DNA from: a virus | Strand: one strand, 5' to 3' | Length of the DNA: 64,000 nt | IMG/VR virus record: IMGVR_UViG_3300044712_000336 | Coordinates: 40,711-104,710 of that record | Shown: piece by piece, positions 1 through 8,058 of the stretch | How positions within the stretch are numbered: the stretch's first letter is position 1 | Layout of the letters: each line of letters starts with the position of its first letter | The notes under the pieces: model-generated | What the model was told of the DNA's origin: nothing | Databases searched by the model: none | Seen by the model: the letters and a program-made list of their open reading frames with translations, nothing else | Position numbers and translations under genes: made by a program

Positions 1-1
1 T

Positions 2-688
2 GTTGGTTATATGGAGGAATATAATGAATGGTTTAAACAATTTGAAACTATAGTAGAATTTATAGATGATATAAGAAATCCTTTTGGTATATACAATCAT
101 GTCCGTAGTTATGCTGAATCTCATGGAAAATATGTAAAAAAGACTATAAAGATAGATAAAAAAGATGTAGAAGTAGAAGATTATTATATACCAGATGATC
201 CAGATGAACATGTTATAATAATAACAGACCATGTTGGATTATTAACACCTGAAGCTAAGGATAATAATGATGTAAGGACTGCTATAGGAAGATTTAGTAA
301 AGAATATTGTTTAAAGATGAGAGATAGATGGAAATATACAGTAGTTAATGTACAACAACAAACCTTAGCACAAGAAGGTGTTGATAATATAAAATTAAAT
401 AAATTACAACCATCTGCTGCTGGATTAGGTGTAAATAAAGAAACAAGTCAAGATGCTAATTTAATATTAGGATTATTTAGTCCAGCTAGACATGATATTT
501 CATCATATAAAGGTATAGATATTACTAGATTAGGTGATTCATATAGAGAATTATCTGTAATATATAATAGAGATGGTAGTATGGCTGAAGTAGGGTTGTT
601 TTTTAATGGTGCAGTTAATTACTTTGAAGAATTACCAAAAAATATAAAAGATACAGATTATCCAAGATATTTAAAAATGTTAAAATAA
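2..688 (+). CDS. DnaB-like (SF4) replicative helicase, C-terminal part (5' truncated by window edge)
   Basis: Frame open from position 2. IIITDHVGLL (Walker B-like), VNVQQQ, SQDANLILGLFSP and NRDG motifs match the DnaB C-terminal core as seen in crAss-like phages. Confidence 0.85.
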   Translation, partial: VGYMEEYNEWFKQFETIVEFIDDIRNPFGIYNHVRSYAESHGKYVKKTIKIDKKDVEVEDYYIPDDPDEHVIIITDHVGLLTPEAKDNNDVRTAIGRFSKEYCLKMRDRWKYTVVNVQQQTLAQEGVDNIKLNKLQPSAAGLGVNKETSQDANLILGLFSPARHDISSYKGIDITRLGDSYRELSVIYNRDGSMAEVGLFFNGAVNYFEELPKNIKDTDYPRYLKMLK

Positions 689-694
689 TAAAAA

Positions 695-1792
695 ATGAAA
701 GTATTACAACAAGGTAGTATATATGATTTTATTGACAATTCTATTAATGTTAATTTATTAAATGAATTACCAATAGGTATTTATGATGTAGTTTCTACAA
801 TAAGAGGATTAATGCTTCAAAAAAGAGAAATTTCTATATTTGAAGATATAACTAAAAGTTATGGAAAATTACCATTATTACGAGAAAAATTTAAAACTGA
901 AATTAGTTATTATGATAAATTGGGTATATTATTACTAGGTGAAAAAGGCTCTGGTAAAAGTTTATTAGCTAAACAAATATGTAATGATAGTAATTTACCT
1001 ATTGTAATAGTTAAAGAGTCTTTTGAAGGTTCTGAATTAAGTGATATATTAAATAATATACCTAATAAATTTATTTTATTTATAGATGAATTTGAGAAGC
1101 TATTTTCTACAAATAGTAAAGAAAAGAATAATCCACAAGATAAATTTTTATCTATTTTAGATGGAAATGATACTTCTAAATTTATTACGTTATTAACAGC
1201 TAATGATGAAAATAAAATTAATTCTTATTTCAAGAACAGAACTAAAAGAATTAAATATTTTATTGAATTTGAAGTACTGAATAAACAAGATGTAGAAGAA
1301 GTTCTTATAGATATGAATATTGATAAAGAAATACAAAGTAAGATTATTAATATTCATAGAATTGTTGGAGAATTAAATTATGATGTATTAATGGAAGTTA
1401 TTAACGAATTTAAACGTTACCCTAATTATTCATTAAATGATATTTTATATTTTCTAAATATAGAAATAAAGGAAAGTGAGTATAATTTAACAGTTTATTC
1501 AGATATTAACGGTAAAGAAGAACCAATTGCAATAGATAAAATTGTATGTAACCCTTATTTAGATATAAATATAGACATATACCCTAGATCAAAAGGGGAT
1601 TATATTGTAAATTCTAAGGATAATACTATTAATATTGATGAAACGTTTGATAATAGTAAATATTCAATTATAACAGATAATAATTGTGTTAGACTTACTT
1701 TAAAAGAAGAGTATAGTAAACAAGGAGTTGATTTTGGTAAATTAGAATTTATACTAACACCTTATTTCCCAAACATAAAATTAGCAATTTAA
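695..1792 (+). CDS. AAA+ family ATPase
   Basis: Walker A GEKGSGKS, Walker B LFIDEFEK, LSILDG, sensor LLTAN, R-finger-like NRTKRIKY. Confidence 0.85.
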   Translation: MKVLQQGSIYDFIDNSINVNLLNELPIGIYDVVSTIRGLMLQKREISIFEDITKSYGKLPLLREKFKTEISYYDKLGILLLGEKGSGKSLLAKQICNDSNLPIVIVKESFEGSELSDILNNIPNKFILFIDEFEKLFSTNSKEKNNPQDKFLSILDGNDTSKFITLLTANDENKINSYFKNRTKRIKYFIEFEVLNKQDVEEVLIDMNIDKEIQSKIINIHRIVGELNYDVLMEVINEFKRYPNYSLNDILYFLNIEIKESEYNLTVYSDINGKEEPIAIDKIVCNPYLDINIDIYPRSKGDYIVNSKDNTINIDETFDNSKYSIITDNNCVRLTLKEEYSKQGVDFGKLEFILTPYFPNIKLAI

Positions 1793-1806
1793 TAATAAAT
1801 AATAAC

Positions 1807-2031
1807 ATGGAAGAAAAACAATATTGTGAAGAATGTGGTGAAGAACTAATTAATGGTATATGTTTTAATGATGAATGTGCATCATCACCGTATTATATAA
1901 GTGAAGATGAAGAAAATGATGAAGATTGGTGTGAATTATGTGGTGATGAGATGATTGATGGATATTGTAGTAATCCATCATGTGAAAATTCAGAAGAATA
2001 CAATGAAGATAACGAAAATACAGAAGAATAA
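1807..2031 (+). CDS. Small acidic protein with two tandem Cys4 zinc-ribbon-like repeats
   Basis: CEECG-x6-CFNDEC and CELCG-x6-CSNPSC; very Asp/Glu rich. Confidence 0.7.
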   Translation: MEEKQYCEECGEELINGICFNDECASSPYYISEDEENDEDWCELCGDEMIDGYCSNPSCENSEEYNEDNENTEE

Positions 2032-2198
2032 TGGCTAAAGAAGTAACAACAACAGTAAAGAATCCATCAGGAGCAGTAGTTAAACAATGTTCTTGTAAAC
2101 ATGAATTTCAAGATGAAATACATGGTAAAGGAATGAGAGTTCATAATGTAACAACTAAAGGTAATAAATGTACTGTATGTGGAAATATTAATCGTTAA
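2031..2198 (+). CDS. Small Cys/His zinc-binding protein, 55 aa (not in ORF track)
   Basis: Translated by hand: MAKEVTTTVKNPSGAVVKQCSCKHEFQDEIHGKGMRVHNVTTKGNKCTVCGNINR. TAATG overlap with upstream stop; fills the gap exactly. Confidence 0.75.
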   Translation: MAKEVTTTVKNPSGAVVKQCSCKHEFQDEIHGKGMRVHNVTTKGNKCTVCGNINR

Positions 2199-2208
2199 AA
2201 TAAGTAAA

Positions 2209-2643
2209 ATGATACAAGTAAGGCAAAATGTATTTGAAACTAATAGTTCAAGTACACATAGTGTTAGTATTTCTTATGAAGGTGATTTAACAGATATTCC
2301 AATACCAGATGATAATGGAATAGTTCATGTAGATACAGATGAATATGGGTGGGAAGAATGTGAATATAATGATTTATATAGTAGATTATCTTATGCAGCT
2401 ACTTATGCTTTAAATTATGGAAGTGAAGAAAATAAAGAGTTATTAACTGAAGTTATTAAACAATACAGTGGTGCAAAAGAAGTATTATATGATCATAATA
2501 ATAATCCAGTTTATTGGAAACATGGTTATATAGACCATCAAAGTACAGACACAGTGGCTGATATATTTGAATCAAGAGAAAGTTTAGTTAATTTTCTATT
2601 TAATCCAAATTCATATTTTATTACAGATAACGATAATCATTAA
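2209..2643 (+). CDS. FETNSSSTHS-motif protein A, function unknown
   Basis: Start moved from the GTG at 2179 to the ATG at 2209, which aligns with the paralogous N-termini: MIQVRQNVFETNSSSTHSVSI. C-terminal GYIDHQS...FLFNPNSYFITDNDNH. Confidence 0.8.
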   Translation: MIQVRQNVFETNSSSTHSVSISYEGDLTDIPIPDDNGIVHVDTDEYGWEECEYNDLYSRLSYAATYALNYGSEENKELLTEVIKQYSGAKEVLYDHNNNPVYWKHGYIDHQSTDTVADIFESRESLVNFLFNPNSYFITDNDNH

Positions 2644-2647
2644 AATT

Positions 2648-2890
2648 ATGATACAAATAAGAAATTCAATTTTCGAAACTAATTCCATTAGCACACATAG
2701 TATTACTATTTGTACACCAGAAGAATGGAGTAAATTAGAGTCTGGTGACTATGATGGATTAGATGAAAGATTAATAGAGAAGTTTGAAAATAATTATAGA
2801 GATTCATATATGGAAACATATAGTTATGAAACTACTACTCCGGGTGGTGAAAAAATAAGATTATTTGGAGATTATGGAAGGGATGGTTAA
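2648..2890 (+). CDS. FETNSSSTHS-motif protein B (variant FETNSISTHS), function unknown
   Basis: MIQIRNSIFETNSISTHSITI; ends FGDYGRDG. Confidence 0.8.
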   Translation: MIQIRNSIFETNSISTHSITICTPEEWSKLESGDYDGLDERLIEKFENNYRDSYMETYSYETTTPGGEKIRLFGDYGRDG

Positions 2891-3353
2891 TATAAGAAAA
2901 AATGTGTTTGAAACAAATAGTAGTTCAACACACTCCATTACTATTGGCAATATAAATTCAAAACCATTAGAATTATTAAAAGATGGTATATTAAATCCAC
3001 AACTACTAATTGATAAATATGTTGCTTATAATTATGAATATAAAATAGTATGTTATAATTTAGAAGAGAAATTAGCGTTAGTAACATTATGGATTTTGTG
3101 TGATAGATGGAATGTTACTGATGAAATTAGAGAAGAATTATTAAATATAATTAAAGAAGAGTTTAATATAGTTAAAATATTAGATTTAAAAGAGTTAAGA
3201 TTTTCTTCACAAGATGATGACGATGATATATTATTTGATTATGGTTATGAAGAAGAAATTGATATTATTTCAACAAAAAAGAAGTTATATGAATTAATAA
3301 ATATTATAAAAGATGACAGTAGATTCATTAGTGATATCAAAGAAGAAAGATAA
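2883..3353 (+). CDS. FETNSSSTHS-motif protein C, function unknown
   Basis: Start moved to the in-frame ATG at 2883: MVNIRKNVFETNSSSTHSITI. Overlaps the stop of gene B. Confidence 0.8.
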   Translation: MVNIRKNVFETNSSSTHSITIGNINSKPLELLKDGILNPQLLIDKYVAYNYEYKIVCYNLEEKLALVTLWILCDRWNVTDEIREELLNIIKEEFNIVKILDLKELRFSSQDDDDDILFDYGYEEEIDIISTKKKLYELINIIKDDSRFISDIKEER

Positions 3354-4227
3354 ATTAGTAGAATATAAAAATGGTAATACTACAGTTACTATATATAAAG
3401 ATGGTACAAAAGTAAGAGAGTTTGAAGGTATTCCAGTAGTGGAACATCCTGAAAGTATGGATATTAAAATTACTAATTATTGTGATTTAGGATGTCCATA
3501 TTGCCATGAAAATTCTACTATTAAAGGAAAACATTCAGATTTATTCTTACTAAAGGAAAAATTGGATATACTTCCAGCAGGTATTGAATTAGCATTAGGT
3601 GGTGGTAATCCATTATCTCATCCAAATTTAGTACAATTTTTAGAATGGTGTAAAACTAAGGGATTTATAGCTAATATAACTATTAATGAAAAACATATAA
3701 ATAAGTATAATGAATTAATTATAGATTTAATAACAAGAGATTTAGTCAAAGGTATTGGTATATCTGTTACTGAAGGAAATATTAATCTTATTAAATCATT
3801 ATATAAATTATCATCAAATATAGTATTACATTTAATTGTGGGAATAAATACTATTGAACAAATTGAAGAATTATGTACTATAAAAGGTATAAAAGTATTA
3901 TTACTTGGGTACAAAACATTTGGTAGAGGAATATCATACTACTCTCAAGATATAACAGATAATATTAATAAATGGTATAAACATCTTCCTACATTAGTAG
4001 GAAAGTTAGTATTAAGTTTTGATAATCTGGCTATTGAACAATTAAATGTAAAGAGATTATTTACATCAAAAGGATGGGATAGATTTTATATGGGGGATGA
4101 TTTTACTTTTACTATGTATATTGATGCAGTAGAACAACAATATGCTCCTACAAGTAGATCTGATGATAGACAATCTTTTAAAGATTATAATGTAATACAA
4201 TATTTCAAAACATTTAAAAATAAATAA
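3313..4227 (+). CDS. Radical SAM enzyme (no SPASM/twitch domain evident)
   Basis: CxxxCxxC motif YCDLGCPYCH, GGE-like ELALGGGNPL, NITIN, GIGISV. Start uncertain (ATG 3313 or GTG 3331). Confidence 0.92.
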   Translation: MTVDSLVISKKKDKLVEYKNGNTTVTIYKDGTKVREFEGIPVVEHPESMDIKITNYCDLGCPYCHENSTIKGKHSDLFLLKEKLDILPAGIELALGGGNPLSHPNLVQFLEWCKTKGFIANITINEKHINKYNELIIDLITRDLVKGIGISVTEGNINLIKSLYKLSSNIVLHLIVGINTIEQIEELCTIKGIKVLLLGYKTFGRGISYYSQDITDNINKWYKHLPTLVGKLVLSFDNLAIEQLNVKRLFTSKGWDRFYMGDDFTFTMYIDAVEQQYAPTSRSDDRQSFKDYNVIQYFKTFKNK

Positions 4228-5048
4228 TGGCACAAAGGATAGCAATATTAGGTGAACCAAATTCAGGGAAATCTTATAGTAGATCTTTTATAACAAATTC
4301 AGATAGTGTATTTGTACTAGCTCCTTCAGATAAGAAGTTATATTTAAAGAAATCTGATGGAAATAGATTAGATTATTTTAATATAAGTACACAAAAATTA
4401 AAAACTACTGAAGAAGTAGCAAAAGTATGTAATAAAAATACTGATGATATTTGTGGAATAATTGATGTACTTACTAAAAAAGGTATAGAGTTTTCCTGTA
4501 CTGGAAATTATATAGTTAATTATCGTATAGAAGATGCAGGAACAATACTTAATATAATTAGTAGTAAAATGATACATATAAATACAGTAATAATTCCAGA
4601 TTTTACACATTTTATTAGTGCAGAAATAAGTGAAATAGATTTTATTAAACGTAAGTCTGGTGGTGATGCTTTTGCTAAATATTTAGAACTAGCAGCAAAC
4701 TCATTAAATTCCTTTATTAAGAGTGTAGATTTATTACGTAAAGATTTAATTGTAGTTACAGAGTATCATATAGAGTATGATGAAATTGATGGAAATTATC
4801 ATATATTTGTTCCTGGAGGCAAGATGATGGTAGAGAAGTTTAAATTAGATAGTTATTATGATTATATATTATATACTAAATATATAGATGATAATAATGT
4901 AAAATTCAATGATAGGTTTAAATTTGTAGTTAGACGTGATGGAAAATATAATGCACGTTCTTCTGGTATATTCGGTGAACAAATACTAGTTCCAAACAAT
5001 TTACAAATTGTATTAGAGAAGGTTAGAGAAGATAATGGTATAAAATAA
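4227..5048 (+). CDS. P-loop ATPase, AAA_24/Sak4-like (conserved crAss-like replication-module ATPase)
   Basis: N-terminal Walker A ILGEPNSGKS, VIIPDF, YHIE, GGKM...DSYYDYILY, ARS...VPNNL layout. Confidence 0.75.
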   Translation: MAQRIAILGEPNSGKSYSRSFITNSDSVFVLAPSDKKLYLKKSDGNRLDYFNISTQKLKTTEEVAKVCNKNTDDICGIIDVLTKKGIEFSCTGNYIVNYRIEDAGTILNIISSKMIHINTVIIPDFTHFISAEISEIDFIKRKSGGDAFAKYLELAANSLNSFIKSVDLLRKDLIVVTEYHIEYDEIDGNYHIFVPGGKMMVEKFKLDSYYDYILYTKYIDDNNVKFNDRFKFVVRRDGKYNARSSGIFGEQILVPNNLQIVLEKVREDNGIK

Positions 5049-5065
5049 AAGTTTTATACATATAA

Positions 5066-5097
5066 TTTGCGTATTTAAAATAATACATGTACTTTTG
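5066..5097 (+). promoter_or_regulatory. Bacteroidota primary-sigma promoter (-33 TTTG / -7 TAnnTTTG)
   Basis: TTTG at 5066-5069, 20-nt spacer, TACTTTTG at 5090-5097, in the intergenic gap before 5241. Confidence 0.75.
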
Positions 5098-5240
5098 TAT
5101 CATCAATCAGGGAATACTTAACCAATTAAGGGTTGATGACTTACAAAGGTCGAATTGGTCAAAAACATTGAAAGTTATTAAAAATAAGTATAAGGTAATT
5201 CATAAACAACATTAAAAATTAAATTAAAAAGTTAAAAATC

Positions 5241-6056
5241 ATGGCTATTTCAAAAAACAATTTGTCAAAAGCATTAGAAGTTAAAGAACGTAAAGTACGT
5301 GAATCTAAAGGTACAGTTAAACCTGAATATAAACCAATTGATAATACAAATAGGTTTGTAATTTCAGCTCAAACAATGAGGGGTTCTGATAATATCAAAC
5401 TTAATGGTCGTATTTATGATCCAACTGTAGCAGAACTTGCTAAATCTAAAGGTAAATTGAAAGATAACTTTGCTTTCCTTCATGGTGAAGCTGGTAAACT
5501 ATTCTTAGTTGTAGTTGATGCTGATAAAATGGCACATATTCAAGGTTTGAATGGTAAGAATGCAGTATGTGGGCAAGAATTTGCTGAAACTAAAGTAATT
5601 AAAGGTGAACGTGCAGGTGAAGTAATGGTAGTTGATCGCAGACGTCAGTTAAACATGGCTAAATTTGGTATGCCTGTATCAGATTCAAGGAACTGTCAGA
5701 AATTTGAAATACCAACAACTGGTAAATTGATTGCTAATACTGTTGCTACAATTGGTAAAGATAATGTAGAACGTATTCTTGATGGTAAGAATCTACGTTA
5801 TGTAATTGGAACTAAAGTAGAACTTAGTATTCCAGTTGATACTAATAAGTTGATTGATCCTTCATTGGAAGGTAAAACTAATGCTCGTTATGCTAAAGAA
5901 GATGTAACATTTGTAGCATTTGAACTTACACCAAAGTTTAAAACTGAAGTTAAAGGTGAAGAAGTAGTATCGACTACTGAAATTGAAAGTGAAGAAGTTG
6001 AAGTTGAAGTTGAAGTTGAAGTTGAAATTGAAAGTGAAGAAGAAGTAGAAATCTAG
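5241..6056 (+). CDS. Hypothetical protein with basic body and acidic EV-repeat tail; probably highly expressed
   Basis: Has its own promoter and terminator. Visible CGT/GGT/GCT codon bias. C-terminal EIESEEVEVEVEVEVEIESEEEVEI. Confidence 0.75.
   Translation: MAISKNNLSKALEVKERKVRESKGTVKPEYKPIDNTNRFVISAQTMRGSDNIKLNGRIYDPTVAELAKSKGKLKDNFAFLHGEAGKLFLVVVDADKMAHIQGLNGKNAVCGQEFAETKVIKGERAGEVMVVDRRRQLNMAKFGMPVSDSRNCQKFEIPTTGKLIANTVATIGKDNVERILDGKNLRYVIGTKVELSIPVDTNKLIDPSLEGKTNARYAKEDVTFVAFELTPKFKTEVKGEEVVSTTEIESEEVEVEVEVEVEIESEEEVEI
5979..6042 (+). repeat. (GAAGTT)x5 in-frame tandem repeat flanked by a direct repeat GAAATTGAAAGTGAAGAAG
   Basis: Hexamer copies at 5994-6023; flanking copies at 5979-5997 and 6024-6042. 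Confidence 0.85.
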
Positions 6057-6080
6057 GTTAAACCAACCTATATAACGATG

Positions 6081-6117
6081 AGGGTATTATCTTAATTGGT
6101 AATACCCTTTTTTATTT
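6081..6117 (+). terminator. Intrinsic terminator
   Basis: AGGGTATTATC-ttaatt-GGTAATACCCT stem followed by TTTTTATTT. Confidence 0.85.
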
Positions 6118-6167
6118 GATACAAGTGAAGAATTGATAAATTAATTAAACAAAAATAAATAATAAAC

Positions 6168-6977
6168 ATGGCAAAGATTAAAGAAGGTACTGGTAATGGT
6201 AAATTTGTTGGTTATGTTCCTGCACAGATTCAAGTAGTAAACCCAACTGTTCAACAAAAGAAAGAAGTATTAGGATTTGAACAAGATCCTACTAAAGAAG
6301 TAAAAGGGTATACTGGTATTAATAGTAATAGTAATGCTAAATATCTAATGTTACAATTTTGGTTTAGTATTAAATCACCAGAGGTAAGTCCTAAATATAA
6401 GGATTCATTTACAATATTCTTATCCGATGAACAGGATTCAATGGGTAGTCCTGAGAATGGTTTATTAGGATGGATTGATGATGATGGAAATATTGATTAT
6501 GCCCAATCACCAGCAGAAGCAGAAGAAAAAACTAGTGAAAGAGGGTATAAATTCTCAGCAAAAACAGCAAGGAAATTATATAAAGGTGAATCTGTTATGA
6601 TGTCTTTATATAAAGCTATTCATGGTAAAGGAAGTTCTTTTGTATTAGATCAAGAATTAATTGATACTTTATTGAATGATGCAGAAGAAAGTAATGTATT
6701 ATTGAATACTTGGTTTATCAGTAAAGGGAAAGATGGTAAAATCAACAAGACTATAGGTATCCTTCTTGGAATGGATGAAAAAGGTAATACTAAATTATAT
6801 GATAAAGCATTTGGTACTTTAGATTGGATTAAAAAGAAATTGGAAAAGAATAATTATTTTAAAGCACAATTTCCGTCTGATTTTGCTCTTACATCATGGA
6901 CTAAAGATGATTTAGTTGGTGATGATGTAGATGAGTTCTTTGAAGAAGATGATGCTGTAAATGAAGATCAATTTTAA
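6168..6977 (+). CDS. Probable single-stranded DNA-binding protein
   Basis: Replication-module position; beta-rich aromatic core (LQFWF, FTIFL); acidic tail ending in Phe (EEDDAVNEDQF), typical of SSBs. Confidence 0.55.
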   Translation: MAKIKEGTGNGKFVGYVPAQIQVVNPTVQQKKEVLGFEQDPTKEVKGYTGINSNSNAKYLMLQFWFSIKSPEVSPKYKDSFTIFLSDEQDSMGSPENGLLGWIDDDGNIDYAQSPAEAEEKTSERGYKFSAKTARKLYKGESVMMSLYKAIHGKGSSFVLDQELIDTLLNDAEESNVLLNTWFISKGKDGKINKTIGILLGMDEKGNTKLYDKAFGTLDWIKKKLEKNNYFKAQFPSDFALTSWTKDDLVGDDVDEFFEEDDAVNEDQF

Positions 6978-7001
6978 TAATAATTAAATAAATATAACAA
7001 T

Positions 7002-7259
7002 ATGAATTTTGGACAAGCAATTGAAGCCTTAAAAGAAGGTAAAAAATTACAAAGATCTGGATGGAATGGTAAAGGAATGTTTGTATATTATGTTCCTGAT
7101 AATACTTTTAAAACTTTAACAGAAGTAGCTAAAACACATTTTGGTGATGAATTAAAATTTAATGCTTATTTTGCTATAAGGAATGTAAATAATACAGTAA
7201 GTATGTGGGTTCCATCAATTAATGATTGTTTAGCAGAAGACTGGACAATTATAGAATAA
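7002..7259 (+). CDS. DUF2829 family protein (Tad2-like anti-defence signal sponge)
   Basis: MNFGQAIEALKEGKKLQRSGWNGKGMFV...WVPSINDCLAEDW is the characteristic DUF2829 pattern. Confidence 0.88.
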   Translation: MNFGQAIEALKEGKKLQRSGWNGKGMFVYYVPDNTFKTLTEVAKTHFGDELKFNAYFAIRNVNNTVSMWVPSINDCLAEDWTIIE

Positions 7260-7270
7260 TTAAACATAAC

Positions 7271-7306
7271 AAGGGTAATTAAGGTAATACTTAGTTACCC
7301 TTTTTT
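7271..7306 (+). terminator. Intrinsic terminator
   Basis: AAGGGTAATTAAG-gtaata-CTTAGTTACCCTT stem followed by a T run. Confidence 0.85.
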
Positions 7307-7405
7307 ATTGGTGCAAGTAGACAAATCTTGCTTAATACTAAGTCGAAGAGGATAGTGAAAACTATAATAAGACATACCAATATTAACAATTAAAATTAAA
7401 TAATT

Positions 7406-7636
7406 ATGTTACCAACACAAGAAGAACAAGATAAGAAATGGACTGAATTAGAAAAAGTATATTGTGAAAAAGATAGTATTTTACATAATCATGGATTATT
7501 TGCAGAAGAATATGCTAAATGGTTATGCACTGAAGTAATTAAACATTGTGCTGAAGTTGCTAAAATTAAAATGATTGAAGATGGCTTTATTGTAGTAGAT
7601 AAACAAAGTATTTTAAATGTAATAAATGAATTATAA
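7406..7636 (+). CDS. Hypothetical protein
   Basis: ORF in operon orientation with A-rich leader. Confidence 0.65.
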   Translation: MLPTQEEQDKKWTELEKVYCEKDSILHNHGLFAEEYAKWLCTEVIKHCAEVAKIKMIEDGFIVVDKQSILNVINEL

Positions 7637-7656
7637 TAACAAAATAAAACAAAATT

Positions 7657-8058
7657 ATGGAAGAATACATCTTAGTAAAATGGCCAGAAGTTCAAGAACT
7701 AATGGAAAAAGAATGGTTTCAAGAAGAAGCTATATTAGCTTTAGGTAATAAAGAAATAACAGGTGATTCTGCTTATTTTATACCTAAAGAAAGAATGGAT
7801 AAATTGCAAAAACAATATATGCAAGATTCATTAAAAGAATTTGATATTATACTTTCTAAAATAACAGATGAACAAATTGAAAAATTAAGGAAAGAATTTA
7901 ATATATTTGAAAAAACTGAGAGTGAAGAAGAAATAACTGATACTATGAGGTTAGATTGGTTAGAACAAACTTATTCAGATGATGAGTGGTTACATGAAGT
8001 ACCGTTAAATAATTTAACTATAAGAGAATTTATTGATAAACAATTAAAACAAAAATAA
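7657..8058 (+). CDS. Hypothetical phage protein
   Basis: ORF; N-terminal YILVKWPEVQELM...GDSAYFIP segment. Confidence 0.7.
   Translation: MEEYILVKWPEVQELMEKEWFQEEAILALGNKEITGDSAYFIPKERMDKLQKQYMQDSLKEFDIILSKITDEQIEKLRKEFNIFEKTESEEEITDTMRLDWLEQTYSDDEWLHEVPLNNLTIREFIDKQLKQK

Noticed and set aside
2209-2945. The three motif copies as a CRISPR array, DGR repeat or DNA-level repeat
   Set aside because: Copies differ at synonymous positions, spacing is irregular and coding, and no cas or reverse transcriptase gene is present.
3313-4227. Radical SAM as QueE, NrdG-type activase or classical SPASM sulfatase maturase
   Set aside because: No queC/queD/folE or glycyl-radical enzyme nearby, no C-terminal Cys cluster, and the neighbours lack the (C/S)xPxR sulfatase motif.
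7306-7382. tRNA gene or hammerhead ribozyme
   Set aside because: No TTCRA T-loop, the CCA lies inside the closing stem, and there is no CTGANGA core. Kept only as an unclassified structure.
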